A DNA stretch of 64,000 bases from the human T2T-CHM13v2.0 reference genome, Homo sapiens (GCA_009914755.4 CP068257.2:17696001-17760000); one strand, 5' to 3'. Positions 44,350 to 58,726 are shown, counted from the stretch's first letter. The notes: generated from the sequence alone by a model not told the origin. Program-made: numbers and translations.

Positions 44350-45330
44350 TTTAGTAACAGTTTCACTGAAATATAATTTTCATACTATACAATTTACTAG
44401 TTTAAATGTATATCCTGGTGGTGTTTAGTATATCACCCAAATGTACAATCATCAATATCAGATTATAGAATATGTTCTTAACGCTAAAAAATACAAACCC
44501 ATACTTACGAGGAGTCACTCTTGATCTCTCCCCTTCTCTTGACCCAGACCCTGGAAACCACTAATCAACTTTCTGTTCCTATAGAATTACCTAGTATGAA
44601 CATTTTATATAAATAGAATGATGCAATATGTAAACTTACGTGACTGGCTTCTTTCACTTGGCATGATGTTTTCAAGGTTCTTTCATGGTGTAGAATGTAT
44701 TTCATTCCTTTTTTGCTGGATGATTTTCTATTGCATGAGTATGATACCTCTTGTCTCTCCAGTAATTACTTCAGGGACATTTGTTTTTGTTCAAGTTTCT
44801 GGCTGTTATGAATAGTATAGCTATAAACATTCATGTATTAATTTGTGTTTGGGCATATGTTTATTTTGGGATATATATTCAAATCCCATTGCCTATTCAA
44901 GTCTTTTGCATATTCTTAAACTACATTTAAATTTTTTTTGCATTGTTCTTAATATATTACTTGTATATTCTGGATTCAAGTCTCCTATCAAATATATCAT
45001 TTGCAAATATTTTCTTGCACTGTATGGTCTGTTTCTTTTCACTTTATTGATGTTCTCTGCAACATAAAACTTTTAATTTTAATTGATTTTTTTGTCAATT
45101 GTGTTTGTTTAATTTTCGGTGACAAAGTTTTACTCTCATATTTTCTTCTAAGAGTTTCATAGTTTTAGCTCTTATATTTAGGTCTATGATTCATTTGGAA
45201 TTAATTTTTGTTTACAGTATGAAGTAAGGATCTCGCGTCATTCTTTTGCATGAGGATATCCAGTTTTTCTGGTACTATTTGTAGTCTAGAGCATTTTTTG
45301 CTACCATCTGATGCTTTTATGTGACATATA
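44350..45330 (-). mobile_element. L1 3' region (old L1M/L1PB-like) in antisense, with internal deletions
   Basis: The + strand reads antisense-L1 hallmarks: ...ccctggaaaccactaatcaactttctgttcctatagaattacctagtatgaacattttatataaatagaatgatgcaatatgtaaacttacgtgactggcttctttcacttggcatgatgttttcaaggttctttcatggtgtagaatgtatttcattccttttttgctggatgattttctattgcatgagtatgatacc.... Further on: ...catttgcaaatattttcttgcactgtatggtctgtttcttttcactttattgatg... and ...catagttttagctcttatatttaggtctatgattcatttggaattaatttttgtttacagtatgaagtaaggatc...ttttgcatgaggatatccagtttttctggtactatttg. Confidence 0.65.
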
Positions 45331-47597
45331 TTTATGTTACACATTAAAAGCTTTGTATATTAACATATCTTCTTATCTGACGTAAGTTACAGTCTTTAGG
45401 TATGTTTGTGTATTTCATAATAATTGGGGCAGAAATATCATATTATTAAGCTACAATTATAATGCAAAATGTAATGTTTCCCATAACAAACTAGTTTGAA
45501 TGTTTCTCTGCTGTGTCTAGTCTAAACAAAAACAAACATGTCTAATATAGAACACATCAAAGCTACTGCATTTATATATGCCAACGTTATACGGGACAGT
45601 AGGAAAGACAACATGTGTGGCACCTGCTGTGCATGTATTAAGCACAAACTTCAACTTTTCTCAGTTTAATTAATATGATTTTAAAGCAAATAAAAAGGTG
45701 GACATATTATCCTGGAGGAAAAGAAACAGTACTTGATGTGAGCTATTTTATTGTTGCCATGTTCTTATTTTTTTCTTTTGACTCCTACCAAGTATTTTGA
45801 TATGTTTCTACTGCAGATCACTTTTACCTGTTTGAAATGTCCTGTTACTGCTGTGGTTCATTAGTGAGTTTATATTCTACAATAACTTATACTTATTGTC
45901 TTGTCCTAGATTAATTCAATAGAGTTTGAGTTTATTATGGAATACAACCACATCATAGCACCAAGCTTTGTGGACTGGATTGTAGCTGATACAAAAGGAA
46001 TGTAAGAGTATTTTATTTGATGTTTAGTAGCATGTCTTATATTATTTTTCTACATGTTGGGGGTTTTCATGGTTTGTTCCAAATTTATAAAAGGATTTCT
46101 AAAACCCCATTGTCTGAAGTTGTTAGTTTCTGAAAGAAAATATGTAAAGTATTTCACTGAATGTTAATTTGCTACAATTTTTATACTAAAATCACTCTCA
46201 TTTATGTGTTAAAAATTATTACAACTTAGCAATTCCATTTTTATATGCCATGACAACAAGGATTAAATAAATCTAATGCTTCTCAAAACAACCTAATGAG
46301 GTATTAAATGGACTTATTATAGTGAGCAAAAATGTAATATGTCAAAGGTCGCAGAGTAAAAAGGTAAATGTAGTTGTGAACGAAAACTGTCAATTTCCAA
46401 AGTCTCAGCTGCTGCACCAGAAAATGATGGTGAAAGTAAAATCCAACTTTATTTAAACAGAGAGAATGAATTTGTTTTGCAGGCAATCCAGCAAGCCAGC
46501 GAGGGTTTTAAAAGCCTTTTTTTCTGTTTTAGTTTCCAATCTCTAATAGAATACACATTTATACTTTAACTTAATTATAAGCTTCAATGTTATTGGAGCA
46601 TGATTTCTCCATGATCACTGTAAATATGTTTAAGTGATAGAATATAATTAATGCCAGAATTTGTTATCACTTGAGGTACGCACCAGATAAAAGCTGTAAG
46701 AGAGGAACAGAGCCAGAACCTGAGTTCAGAAACAATGTCTTGGGAATTATTACTTAGGTTTTCATACATACCAAAGCAGCTACAAGAAACATAAAAGAAC
46801 TGAGGAACAGGGCCCCTCTATCGTTGATGTCTGGTCAAATATTATTAGTGTAATTTGAAATTCTAAAATTATACAATGGATAGAAGGAGAGGAAAATTAA
46901 TGAAAGGCCATTTAAAAACGAAAAATTAAAATAAATGATGAAACTAAAGATAAATTCACTTCTCATGCTTTGCCTTGTGTCAGTCAAAGCAATTGCAAAA
47001 CATTTGAATAGAATGAATATCACTCCTGAAAATTTTCAAGTACCACAAAAAGATAATATTCTTTCTGAAACCCATTTTAAAGTCATTACTCTTAGCACAG
47101 GTTGCTGTGCTGTATTTTATTCCTGTTTCTATTCATCAGCTATAGAAATGCTGAGGTAGATTTATATAGATAGATTCATATACTTTGAGACCTTAAGATC
47201 TCGCAATTCTCTATTGATACTTAATTAATTTCTTCCATGGTTTTGTTGCTCAAAATCTGCTATGCACATTTTATCTGTACTAGGGCAGTGACATCATTTC
47301 TATTACAGATACTTAAAAGGAATAACTTAGGAAGGGATTTCTGTATACTCACTGTCATTATCTCAATTGCTAAATCTGTCTCTCATAGGGATTTTGAAAT
47401 GTTTCAAATGATTTGCTTTAGAAAATTGAGGCACTTAAATGAAAAAAAAGTACACTATTTTAAAAGTACTCTACAATCTATGATTAATGAGGTAAAAACT
47501 GACTTCATCTGACACAAAATCAAGGCATGATATCGATCCCAAACGTGAGATCATCTATGGGTATAATTTGTGTCCTTTTTGTGATAATGACATGAGA

Positions 47598-47626
47598 TGT
47601 GCATGTGTGTGTGAGAGAGAGAGAAC
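47598..47626. repeat. (TG)n(GA)n compound dinucleotide repeat
   Basis: tgtgcatgtgtgtgtgagagagagagaac. Confidence 0.8.
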
Positions 47627-48394
47627 AAAAAGAGAAAATCACTTTGAAAATTTTGTTCGCATAACTTTTTAGAGCTCAATATTTCATTTCTTCCTAAACA
47701 TTAGTTTGGTTCTACTCAAAGTATAAAATATCACATGCTTTGAAACACAAAATGTAAACTAACTTGGAATCATAGGCAATAATCACTCTGATTGATCAAA
47801 TCCATTTTCAGAATCAGCAAATGGCAAGAATAAGTGTCATCTTTCCCAAGAAAAAAACTTCTACTCTTCTGTATTTATCTTTTTCTCAGATCAGCTATAC
47901 ATGCCAAATAGATACTTATCTGTATCAAGATGATAAAAATAGCAGAATTATCACTTCTGCTTTTCTTCAGTGATTAACTAAAGGAGCTATTGATAATGCC
48001 ATTCCCATTCAGGCATCATTAAGAGGTCGCCTTTCTCTATGCTATTCAATGTTTGATCTAGTCAAATAATTTCAATATTTTCTATTAAAGTTTCCTTCTG
48101 AATAATGGCATTAAAATTGAGGAAATTATTTCATAGAGATTTATAAAATGAGTCTAAGCCTTTTAAATTAAATTTCAAGAAAATAAAACAATTAAAATTT
48201 GCTTTATTTGCACAAGTCTCAGCACGTTGAAAAATAAAATTCATAATAATAACAAATTTGGATGCCTTACTTTACTTTCACAAAATAAAATCAGTGTTTC
48301 CAATATTTTAAAATTAATTTAGAGAGTAGTAATTTGTGGACATAAAACTCCTAATGTAGAATTAATTAGGGTCCCTCCACATGACCTTCAGAAA

Positions 48395-48760
48395 AATGTG
48401 TCCCATTCATAAAGGCTGAGACACAATGCTATGGCTTGAATGTTTCCCCTCCAAAATTCAGGTGTTGCCATTGTGACTGTATTAAGAAGTGAGACCTTGA
48501 AGACGTGAGGAAGCCATGAGGGGTCCTCCCTCATGAATGGGATTAGGCATCCTTAAAAAGGGACTTGACTGAGGGAGTTGGTCTTTCTCTCTCCCACCTA
48601 CTGCCAGGTGAGGATACAGTAAGAAGGCCCACACCAGATGCAGGCACCTTGATCTTAGATTTCCAGATCCCTGTGCGAATGGCATGTTGGGAGTTTAATA
48701 AAAATCCCTATCACTTCAGTGTTGGTGTTTATCGAAAAGAAAATATTTAAAATTTGGAAC
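48395..48760 (+). mobile_element. Solitary LTR of ERVL-MaLR type (MLT1-like), forward
   Basis: ...gtttcccctccaaaattcaggtgttg...ccattgtgactgtattaagaagtgagacctt...catgaggggtcctccctcatgaatgggattaggcatccttaaaaaggg...caggtgaggatacagtaagaaggcccacaccagatgcaggcaccttgatcttagatttccagatccctg... This follows the standard MaLR LTR theme (ccccaaaattcatatgttgaa...ccctcatgatgggattagtgcccttataa...catgtgaggacacagcaagaagg...ctgatcttggacttccagcctccagaac). Confidence 0.65.
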
Positions 48761-49038
48761 ATGCCAGAGTGTGAGGGACATTTAAAAACTGTAAGCTGTA
48801 TTTGCATTTAAGAACATAAATATTCTGAAACCACAACAGGTCTCTCAACAACAATGTTTTATGATTAAAACCATGATTTGAGAACATATCCAGCTATTTT
48901 AAGAGAAAATAACTGGAAATAAATAATGCTTGGAAACAGAAGAGACCAACCATACTATTGCATAAGATTCTTGGAGCTACCATGGTGTTAAAAAAAAAAT
49001 GTAATACACTTGAAAGATACCTTCAGGGACAGTGATTT

Positions 49039-49155
49039 TTAGCCAGGTACTGTGGATTTTGCTTGTAATCTCAGCTACTCCAGAGGTAGGAGCAAGCTCT
49101 TGAGCCTGGGAGTTTGAGACCAGCCTGGGAAACACATTGAGATCCCCATCTAAAG
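49039..49155 (+). mobile_element. Alu-monomer-like fragment (FLAM/FRAM-like or truncated old Alu)
   Basis: tttttagccaggtactgtggattttgcttgtaatctcagctactccagaggtaggagcaagctcttgagcctgggagtttgagaccagcctgggaaacacattgagatccccatctaaa. Confidence 0.65.
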
Positions 49156-51384
49156 TAGTGATAATCATAATAATCATAAAATAATAATAATTTTTGTGGT
49201 AATAAAGATAGAAACTGAAAGAGAAATGGCAGCAAGTACTTCTTTAATATGTGTTTTAATATTACAGCACATGATAATATCAGGTATGCATAACGTTCAG
49301 CTTAAAACAATAGAAATTAAACAATTAAAATGTCCCATTTGTAGTTAAAGAGTGAACTGTACTTCAGGTAATAAAGCACAAATGAGGTAGGTAATTTAGG
49401 AGTAATTCTCAATAAAAATAAACATCCAAACAAATATAAATAAGACTATTTGGAAATTAGAATTCACAGAATGCAGTAGAAGAAAAAGAAAGAGGCAGTC
49501 ATTTTGGAAAAAAGATAGAGAAATGGTTGTCATGAATGTGGCTGTCAAACATCAATGAAATCAAAACAAAATTGTTACCAGCAATATCGAATGCTTCAGA
49601 GTAAACCTAGAATGAGAACAAATAAAATTGGAAAACACACTGTTCAAGTAGAATGAGCCAAAAATTTAGGGGTGAAGCCAGGAGAAAGTGGAGTCATGGA
49701 ATTTCTTACATGAGATATTTTCAAGACGACAACACTGATCAGAAAAACTTAAGCTTAGTTAGATTAAAGGTGGTTTGGGATCATAAAAAAGTAGGTAATC
49801 AGATCAGCAATCAAAATAATTATTTTCAGAATCACCAACTGATCACTAACCACATACATAATACTGTTCTTATGATATGACATCTCTTCCCTTGCTTGGG
49901 AATCTTCATGTGGATTAAAAGGAGCTAGGGCTCATGTGGAAGAGATTGGCTTCAGGTTCTGAAAACAAAAATTCTCAACACTTGCAGTCAGTCACTGAGG
50001 ATGGACAGTCATTTTTAAGGGGAGAAATTTCCTTATTTGGAATTGTTTACTCTTTTCTAAGTAGGTAAATTTCCCTGGCTTTGATTTTTTTTCAAGTACA
50101 TTATTACTCTGTAAACTACTCAAATGCCATTTTCAGAAGTCCAACATTTTCAAATCAAGAAAAAATTATCTACTGAATTTGGTTTTGGTAATAAGTAAAT
50201 GAGTGCATTACTTTTAAAAATATGTGAATAATAATACATATTCATTTTAAAAACTCATGAAAATGAAAGAAAAAAAATCAGCACAATTGATCATTTTCTG
50301 AATTGAAACACACCCTTTAGGCCAATCTTTCTCGCTCTCTCATGTTGGCTCTTCCTCACATCCTGACCTCATAACACCCAACTGCTCTAAGGGACAGCCC
50401 ACCAACCTCTCCCGTTTCTATGTATTTTCACTCTATTGATGTTTTATCACATTTAGTGACTTTATGTATTCTGCCTACATTGGTGATTCTCAAGCTTTCT
50501 CTACTGCTCTGACATCTCCATTGTATACCACTAATATATCTCATTGTGTATTCAATATCCATTTTAATAAATAATAGCTAACTCAGCATGTCCAAAAGTC
50601 AGCTCCTAATCCTTCTCCCAACAAGTTCTTCTCTTACCATAGTGCTCCCTACCTCAGTTAATCAAAAGCCAGTTTTGCCAGGGTCTTAGACCAGACATAT
50701 TAGAGTCATCATTGACTCCATTCTCTCCCACCGCATATGCCATCTCTCCATAAATACTAGGGATATTTTTACAGAATCTCCCCACCTTTCGCCTCTTCAA
50801 CTGCCTCCAGGCTGCTGCTAGCTCCCGTTATCTCTTTCCTATATCACACAATTACCTTACAGCTGATCTCTCCTTTTTTCTTTTTCTCCTTCAATTATTC
50901 TGACCCCAGCATCCACAGTGAGCCCTTAAAGTGGAAATCATTCTTTTTCTTTTAACCCTCTGCCACAATCAAACTCACAGTCAAAACCAAAATGTTTAAA
51001 CTGATTTGCCTCCTCTCCATTCCTGGAACTCATACACCACTACTCTTTCTATCACTCATGTTATTTTAGTCACACTGGCCTTGGAATAGATTCTTGAATA
51101 TGCCAGCTGCATTCCTATATCAAGGCTTTCACCAGCTGCAAATTTTCTGGGAACCCTCCTCAAAATATTCATGTAGGCTTCCCCCTAACTCCTGCACCAT
51201 TCTTTGCTCTAATTGAACTCTGTACTTGACCGCTCCCCATACTCATTACTCTCTATACCTTTTTTTTTCCTGCTTTCTTTTTTCTCCATAGTACTTACTC
51301 ACATCTATCTGTGTTTTACTTATTTGCTTTCTTTCAGTAGGTGGTATGGTTTTCTCTCTTCCATTAGAATGTAAGGTCTATAGG

Positions 51385-51950
51385 GTGTACTAGTGTTGTG
51401 TCACTGCTATAACAAATTACCACAAAATTATCAACTTAAAACACCACACATTTATTATGCCCGTTTTTGCAGGTCAGAAGTCCAGGGGTAGCATAGATCT
51501 GCTGGGTCTTCTTCTTAGGGTCTAATAAGGCGGAAATCAAGGTGCCAGCAAGGTTGCCGTTCTTTCTGGAGACTCTAGATATGAACCTGCTTTCAGACAC
51601 ATTCAAGCTGTGGGAAGATTTCAGTTGCATGCAGTTGTCAGACCAAGGGTTCTTTTCCTTTAATTTCCTGAATCACAACCACTTTCATCTTCAATGCCAG
51701 CTTGGTGGCTTGAGTTCTTCTTATGTTTTAAATCTTTCAGACCTCTTCTTCTGCCTCACGTCTACCACTTCCAGCTGGAGGATATTCTCTTCTTTTGGGT
51801 TCATGTTTGGGCCCACCCTGGTAGTCCAGAATTGTGTCTCTATTTTAAGTTCTACAACCCTCATTATATCTCTGAAGTCCATTTTGCCATGTAATATAAC
51901 ATATTCTGAATCTCCAGGGATTACAATTTAGACATGGTTCCTTTTAGGTG
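51385..51950 (-). mobile_element. LTR fragment of ERVL/MaLR type (MLT/MER-like), inverted
   Basis: ...tcactgctataacaaattaccacaaaattatcaacttaaaacaccacacatttattat...tgcaggtcagaagtccaggggtagcatagatctgctgggtcttcttcttagggtc...ggaaatcaaggtgccagcaaggttgccgttctttctggagactctag...ttcagttgcatgcagttgtcagaccaagggttc.... This is the inverted MaLR-family LTR theme. Confidence 0.5.
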
Positions 51951-54900
51951 TGTGTGTGGTGCGGGGGGTACGTTATCCTGCCTACCACTAAGGTTATGAA
52001 TTTGTGAGCATGTGCATATATATTTTTTCACAATCCTTGGCTCAGATTCAGCGCACATTAATATGTGCTTTATACATTTTAAATAGCCAACTTTTAATGA
52101 ATCCTCAGTTTAACATGGAAATAGCAATGTAATATATTCTAGTAGTGTTTAAAATAATGTTGCCAATTAAAGAGCTATATTGTTTCTAACATATGCCCAA
52201 ATATCTTAGATTCCTTTTAGTCCTATTATTTGTCTTAGAAGCTTCAAGAAATATAACCAAATTTAATACTTGGCATTGTTACTACAAAATGTATAATCTA
52301 CTTAATGGCATAAAGGAAGGTCAGAAATCACTATGAAATAATAAGTAATATGATATGTCATGAAAATATTTATGCCTATTGAAAATTATGAAAGTATATA
52401 GTGACAATGGTAGAAAGAATCAGAAAAATTTTTGAAAAGAAATGGGACTTGAAGAATTCAAATAATTTCAATTATATGTTATGCCTGTGGAAGAAACCAT
52501 AAATAAAATATGACAAAGGTATAGATGTAAGAAAGCATAGGGCCTATTTAAATGAGAACAAACAGAGTATGTAGATTTTCCTGGAAATAAATGTTATAAA
52601 GGGGGACAGAAAGAAATAAGCCAGGACACAATGGCATTAATAACTTCAATTCATTAAGCATAATGAAGAACCATGGACACAAAGTTCCAGTGGGTGCACC
52701 CAGAAAATAAACAAATACAAAAATATATAACCTATCAGTTGGTGGCAAACGTTGTAGAAAACTAAAGCCTGGAAGGAAAGATTGAGTATGTAAGGAAGGT
52801 ATATTTCAGATAACATATTTTAAGGACATATCTGAAAAAAATGTGAAAGATGGATCTATGCTGATCTCTGAGGGAATAATCTTCTAAGAGAAGAAAGAGA
52901 ATACGCAATGATCTGCTGTAGGATGGGCCAAGAGCAAGTTTAATTTATTTTAGAAACAGAAAGAAGGCCCCTATATCAGTATCAGAAAGAGTATGTGTGG
53001 GGAAGAAGAGTGGTAGCAGATGTAGTTATAAAGGGATTTACAGCCTCACTGGAGAGGGCCTTGACTGAAAGAGTGAAGAATTCTGACTAGATTCAATGGA
53101 TTGACGCTGAAAACCTCCAGAGTTTCATGGAAATAATTTGGAGTTTGTTTGTTTTGTCTTTTTAAAAGACGGCCCTGGAAATAATACATAGTGTGAAGCC
53201 GAGCTGGAGGAGATTAAGGGTGAAAGACTTGTTACAGGGCTATTGCAATAATCTGGTGGGGAAGCAGAATATTTGTACTTGCAGATGTGGTGATTGTGTT
53301 GAAGCCAAACAGGGCATGAGATGCTGTAAAAGAACAATGGAGGGGAGACAGAGGAGAAAAAAAAGGAATAGAATTTGATATAGAATTGCCAAACTTAAGT
53401 AAATGAAAGTTAGGAAGGAAAAATCATTCGGGGGGGATAAAATATATTTCAATTAAAAATTATTTTATGTGTCACTGTTTGGATGTTGTATACAACTGCA
53501 CTTATAGGATGCCTCAGATTCTCCAGGTCTTGCCTGTATCTAGAGTTTTCTTGACTTGATTCACCCAGCAGCAGCTACAACAACCAACTCACTGTGCTTC
53601 TGATGTTTTGGCACCTGCAAAGTCCTACCAACCGAGGCTGTTGAATCACATCTTGAGCTCCTCCTCCTCAAGAAAACTCCATTTTGACATAAGAATTTTA
53701 TTTGTCTCCTACTCTCTGGTTAAGTGAATTAAGAAGCAAATGAACTAATCACTACCCTAATTTCATGTCACAAATGATTTAAAGAATTTATGTAGAAAGA
53801 ATAAAAATGAATGCATGAAGAGCAAAACAAGGCACAAAGCACAGATTGGAATAGGAGTTACACACCTGAAGAGACAGAGAGGGAGATAAAGACACCATGG
53901 CTGAGTCACATGTTTGAATCTTAGCTTACTGGCAACCTAAATAAAAAGGTTAACAAAAGCAGTAATAAAATAAATAATGTCCTTGCTTATAGAGTAAGAA
54001 CATTGTATTCCTCTGGGGGACACTAAGCTTTCCTGGAATAACTTCTGATTTGTTTTTCTTTTGTGCACATTACATCAGCGACAATCTATGACATAAAACA
54101 CAATGGCCTCAACCATATTTCCTCAACAAATGTAATTGTGGGTTTTAAAACCTGATTTTGACAGGTCCTTTGAAGAAAGATGAGACTATGACACTGAAGT
54201 GAAACTCAGATAAATTTGGGGAATGGATGACAAGGAATGCAAGAAAATAATCCACACTTTTTTCCAGTAGAAATTTCAAATAAAATTACAAATAGCAAGC
54301 AAGTTTACAGCTTTCCAATGCTTAGCTTATTCTTCTCTATCTCTAGTGGAATAGATGTACAATTATGGAATCATATGTCTTTGTTATTGGTGGTTTGGAC
54401 ATGAAGTTTTGGTCTATTTTTTTTTTCTTTTGGGGGATTGGTGAGGACACCAGGGAACTCACAAATCTTTGACAACCATTATATTCCTTAATATGCAGGG
54501 CAACACTTCTCAGTCACTACTGCCTCCACACTGGTGAATTTGTCCTGACCCAACATTGACAGGCCTCCTTGTTCTAAAACACTTTAAAATCTATTCCTAG
54601 AAATATTATCTATAGATATAATAACTATGTATAGAAAAAAATACATGTAAAGATATATAGATATAAGAACTAATATCTAAGATTACAAACTCACTTATCA
54701 ATGGCTACAATTATTCTTTTTTCCTGCTCTGCAATTTTTTTCTTTTGGATTCACTTTTGCTGACATACAACACTCGGTAGTTCTTCCACTGAAGGCTGTG
54801 GATAGTAACATTTCATTCTGTTTGTATGTTAAGGTTGATTTTAAGTAATATACTTTTTATCATTCTCATGTTTTTAATGCTTTCTTGTTATTAATATAAG

Positions 54901-54974
54901 TTAGTATTATGACCACACATCTAGAACTGAATGTAACATATTTTATTTATTTTTAACTTAATTAATAGTATTAT

Positions 54975-55250
54975 TATTTTAGAGACAAGCTTTCGCTTTG
55001 TCACTCAGCCAGGAGTGCAGTGGCATTATCACAGTCCACTGCAGCCTCAAACTCCTAGGCTCAAATGATTCTCTCACTTCAGCATCCTGAGTAGCTGGGA
55101 TTACAGGGGTGTGCCACCCTGCCTGGCTAATTTTTTTGTAGCGATGAGGTCTCACTATGTTGCCCAGTCTGGTCTTTAACTCCTGGCTTCAAGCAATCCT
55201 CCTGCCTCAGCCTCCCAAAGTTGTGGGATTATAGGCTTAAGCCACCGTGA
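54975..55250 (-). mobile_element. Alu SINE (older AluJ/S-like), inverted
   Basis: ttattattttagagacaagctttcgctttgtcactcagccaggagtgcagtggcattatcacagtccactgcagcctcaaactcctaggctcaaatgattctctcacttcagcatcctgagtagctgggattacaggggtgtgccaccctgcctggctaattttt...ctcccaaagttgtgggattataggcttaagccaccgtgac. Confidence 0.88.
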
Positions 55251-57534
55251 CTGTTCTGAATTTATAATCTTAATTTGAGAATGCGTGTCTTTTCTGGGAC
55301 CCCTTTTTCAGACCAGTTTTAATTTTTATTTACTAGCAAATCAAATCAGAATGGTCTCTGAACCATATATCCAGCAAGTTAGTAGTTAAGCTCCCAATCT
55401 TTCTTATTTCAGAAGAAGTTAAATTTTGATTTTCCATTCAGATATATTTTCTTTTTTGTCTATCATTACAATGTATTTCGAGATGGGGGTGAGGTTGAAG
55501 GCATTAACTCAAAAAATTCATTTTGAATGATAAATGCATTAGTAATATGGCTAATTTTCTTGTAAATGCACAAAAGTGATTTTGAGTAAAAGAGCTCAAT
55601 ATTTACTTTTGGAAATGTTTCATCATTTTTTTCAATATTAACAATGATATTTTAAATGGTTAAAAATAAACATATTTTAAGGTAAAAATTATGAATGCAA
55701 ATACGTTGGGGAAACATATTTCATCAGGGGAAAGGATTTGCCATCATGGAGTTCCACTCAGTATTAATGCCAAGGCAGTCCCTTCTCCACTGCTTTTGAT
55801 CTTCTGTGTATCAGGTAGCTAAGCATTTAATTTGGATTAAATTAAGTGTAAAGATTTGAGTGACTAGGTTATTAAAAATACATGTCTAGTTACAGCATTT
55901 CAGATGGGTTTCAGTCAATTTCTGGGGCACTGACAGACATTATTCTGTTAAAAAATTTAGAATCAAATTATAGAAAGCCATTGATGGAAGACACGCAGCC
56001 GGCAGCGAACATGGCTTGTAATGATAGGCCATTATTATACTTGAGGGCACTGGTCAGACAAAGTGTTTATAATGTTTCTAGGTGTAGTTTTCTTGTCTCT
56101 GGCTTCAAATTCTAAAGCAGACCGACACCTAAAGAGTCCATCATTTCTTTCCCTGAAACCAGAAAGTCTAGCTCATTTTATATTTTATTTACAATTCTAC
56201 TTTTGTAACATTAAACTGAATGCTTGTTTCTTTCAGTTCATCCCTTTTAATTCTCAGCAGTTTCTCTTGCAAGTCAAAACCTAAATGGCAGTTTTTATTT
56301 CTCCTTTAGGTTCCAGATTTAATGATCCTTCTCCAGGTAATGTAAGCATCACTGACTGATTTGCTCTAACTCCAGGGTTCATATATTTCCCATCATGCCA
56401 TGCTCCCTTCTTCTTGTCTAGCCCTGTATTGAATCAGGAAAAGGTTACCTACAAGCTACATGGTTTGGAAAATAAGAAAGTTTAATATTTCAAGTTACTG
56501 TCTCTCTTCACAATTAATTTGAATATATATAAAAACGTACTCATAACATGCAGTCTCTAAATGATATAGAAATATATGGACAATCGTGTTTTTATATACT
56601 CTCATTCTTCCAGCAAGATGAAACTTTCATTGGTTCCTTTTAGACTGAAATTCTGGAAATAGCATAAGTATGCATTTTAGGAACAATGAAGCAAATTTCA
56701 AAAATCAAAGGAAGAGTGCTCTTACATAATCATTTAACTCATCATTCTGGTGAGTAGGACTACAACTAAAACACAGATATGAAACATTTTTTTCTTTAAA
56801 ATTAGATCAAATGCATCAGCATTTTTGCAGATTCAGCACAGATGTTAGCATTTCCCAGACTTAGCTTATGAGACACATACAGCTATTTTACAGTCTGGAG
56901 GGTTTCCAATATTACTACTTACCTAAATGACATTTGAGGTGGTGGCACTTAATGAGGTACACGTAATATAGTACTTAACTCATGACATCTACCAGGCAGA
57001 AAATACTTTATTAGCTGATCCTGTTCTATGAATATAAATTGATTTTTCCTCATGGTTAGGAAAATTGGCTCTTCAGCTACACTTCAGGATAGAGTTAACT
57101 GGGTCCATCTAGCAAATTAGAGTAGGTTTCCTTGCATAAATGACGGCATAAATGGGAAAGGGTACTTAAGTCCAGTGATCTTTGTCCCTAGGCATCATGT
57201 TTATCGATTGCCCTACATTCAGGTCAGGAAGAAAGGTCTTACCTTACAGTTTGTAGAGACCCTGGAGTTTAATCACTATGCTACAAAGCATTAGGTAATT
57301 CTATTTTGTTCAATAAATGAATTCTTTAAATGTCAGGGTTTTAGCAGACTAGGACCTTGAAAAAGTCTATTTTCTTTCATGTTCCTTGTTTCTGAATCAC
57401 ACTGTCTTTGATTCAGAAATACAAATACGTTTTAGTTATTGTTACAGTAACTGATATTGTTGAGTATATGGCGAAGGCCTAGGGCTATGTCATTGAAAAT
57501 GAAGTAGGTCAAGGAAGCATGGGGCTGCTCCTAT

Positions 57535-57665
57535 TTTTTAAAATTAAAAAAAAACTTCCAAAAAAGGAAGATAGATAGAAGTAGAGGTAAAGAGACAGAC
57601 ATTGAGAGAGACAGAAAAAAGAGACAAAGGAGGAGGGTAGAGATGAGAAGGGAAAAGAGAGAAAG
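57535..57665. repeat. Purine-rich (GA-rich) low-complexity tract, ~130 bp
   Basis: aaaaaaaaacttccaaaaaaggaagatagatagaagtagaggtaaagagacagacattgagagagacagaaaaaagagacaaaggaggagggtagagatgagaagggaaaagagagaaagaag has almost no pyrimidines on the + strand. Confidence 0.75.
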
Positions 57666-57989
57666 AAGTATTGAATACAAATAGTAAAAATTTTGTAATT
57701 CAAGCTTAATAATAATGGGTCTTCAGAAAAGGGGAATTTTCATCTAGGTATAGTAAAGAGGAAATGCTAATAGAGGAAATATGACTTGAGTCCAGTTTTA
57801 AGGATATATAGAATTGACTTAATTGGAGAGCAAAGATAAAGTGCTTCCAATTTGGTAAAGAGAATAAGTAAACTTGCTGAGGTAGAAAAAAAAATTAATT
57901 TGTAAGTAACAGAAATGAAAGCTACTTGAATGAATGATGTGGAAGCCAGTATGAGACACAGCACTACTAGGAAATACTTTTTAAAATTA

Positions 57990-58130
57990 TTTTAAATTCG
58001 TTAGAGACAGGGGTCACTATGTTTGCCCAGGCTGGACTTGAACTCCTGGGCTCAAGTGATTCTTCTGCCTCAATCTTCCAAGTAGCTGGGACTCTAGGCA
58101 TCCTACTGCAGCCAGCTCAGATGTGCTATT
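57990..58130 (-). mobile_element. Alu fragment (right arm/monomer), inverted, diverged
   Basis: ttttaaattcgttagagacaggggtcactatgtttgcccaggctggacttgaactcctgggctcaagtgattcttctgcctcaatcttccaagtagctgggactctaggcatcctactgcagccagc. Confidence 0.7.
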
Positions 58131-58726
58131 TGTCAACTATGTTATATATTTTTACTTTCATATTTACTTTTAATTTCATATTTGAAGCTTTACAAAGAAA
58201 ATTTAAACTTTTGTAATCAGTATAGTGAAGAAAATCTAGATATCATATGGAATAAATTGAAGATAAGGCAATTTTTGTGAAAGTTAAAATTATATTTATT
58301 CCCTTTTTCTGTGAAATAATTTTTAGTTACAATACTGATAGTTTTTCTGGAAATATAAGATTAAGAAGAAATATAAAACTTGGTATTAACATGTGAAGGA
58401 CTGTAATGAAAAAAATTATGTTGTTATGGATGATGCCAAAGGGAAAAATCAAAACAACTGGATAGGAATTACACGTAATTTGGTTTCCAGTAAAAATAAT
58501 AAATAACATAGAGTGAAACATTAGAAATGGCATTATAATAAGGACATAGTATCCCATTACTGAATATATTCAATACAATATGCATGCTCCTTAGACAATG
58601 GGTGCTGTAGATGGTATCATACGTTATTTTGTATAACATCTAGGGTTGTTACTCTAAAAATGTACTATCATGTAAATAAATACACTAGGCCAGGTAAATT
58701 CAAATTATAGAAGTCTTGGGAATAGA

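Noticed and set aside
51542-51931. 129-aa + strand ORF
   Set aside because: Lies within the inverted MaLR/ERVL-type LTR fragment. It has no start context and no recognisable domain, and the peptide is low-complexity (L/S/F-rich).
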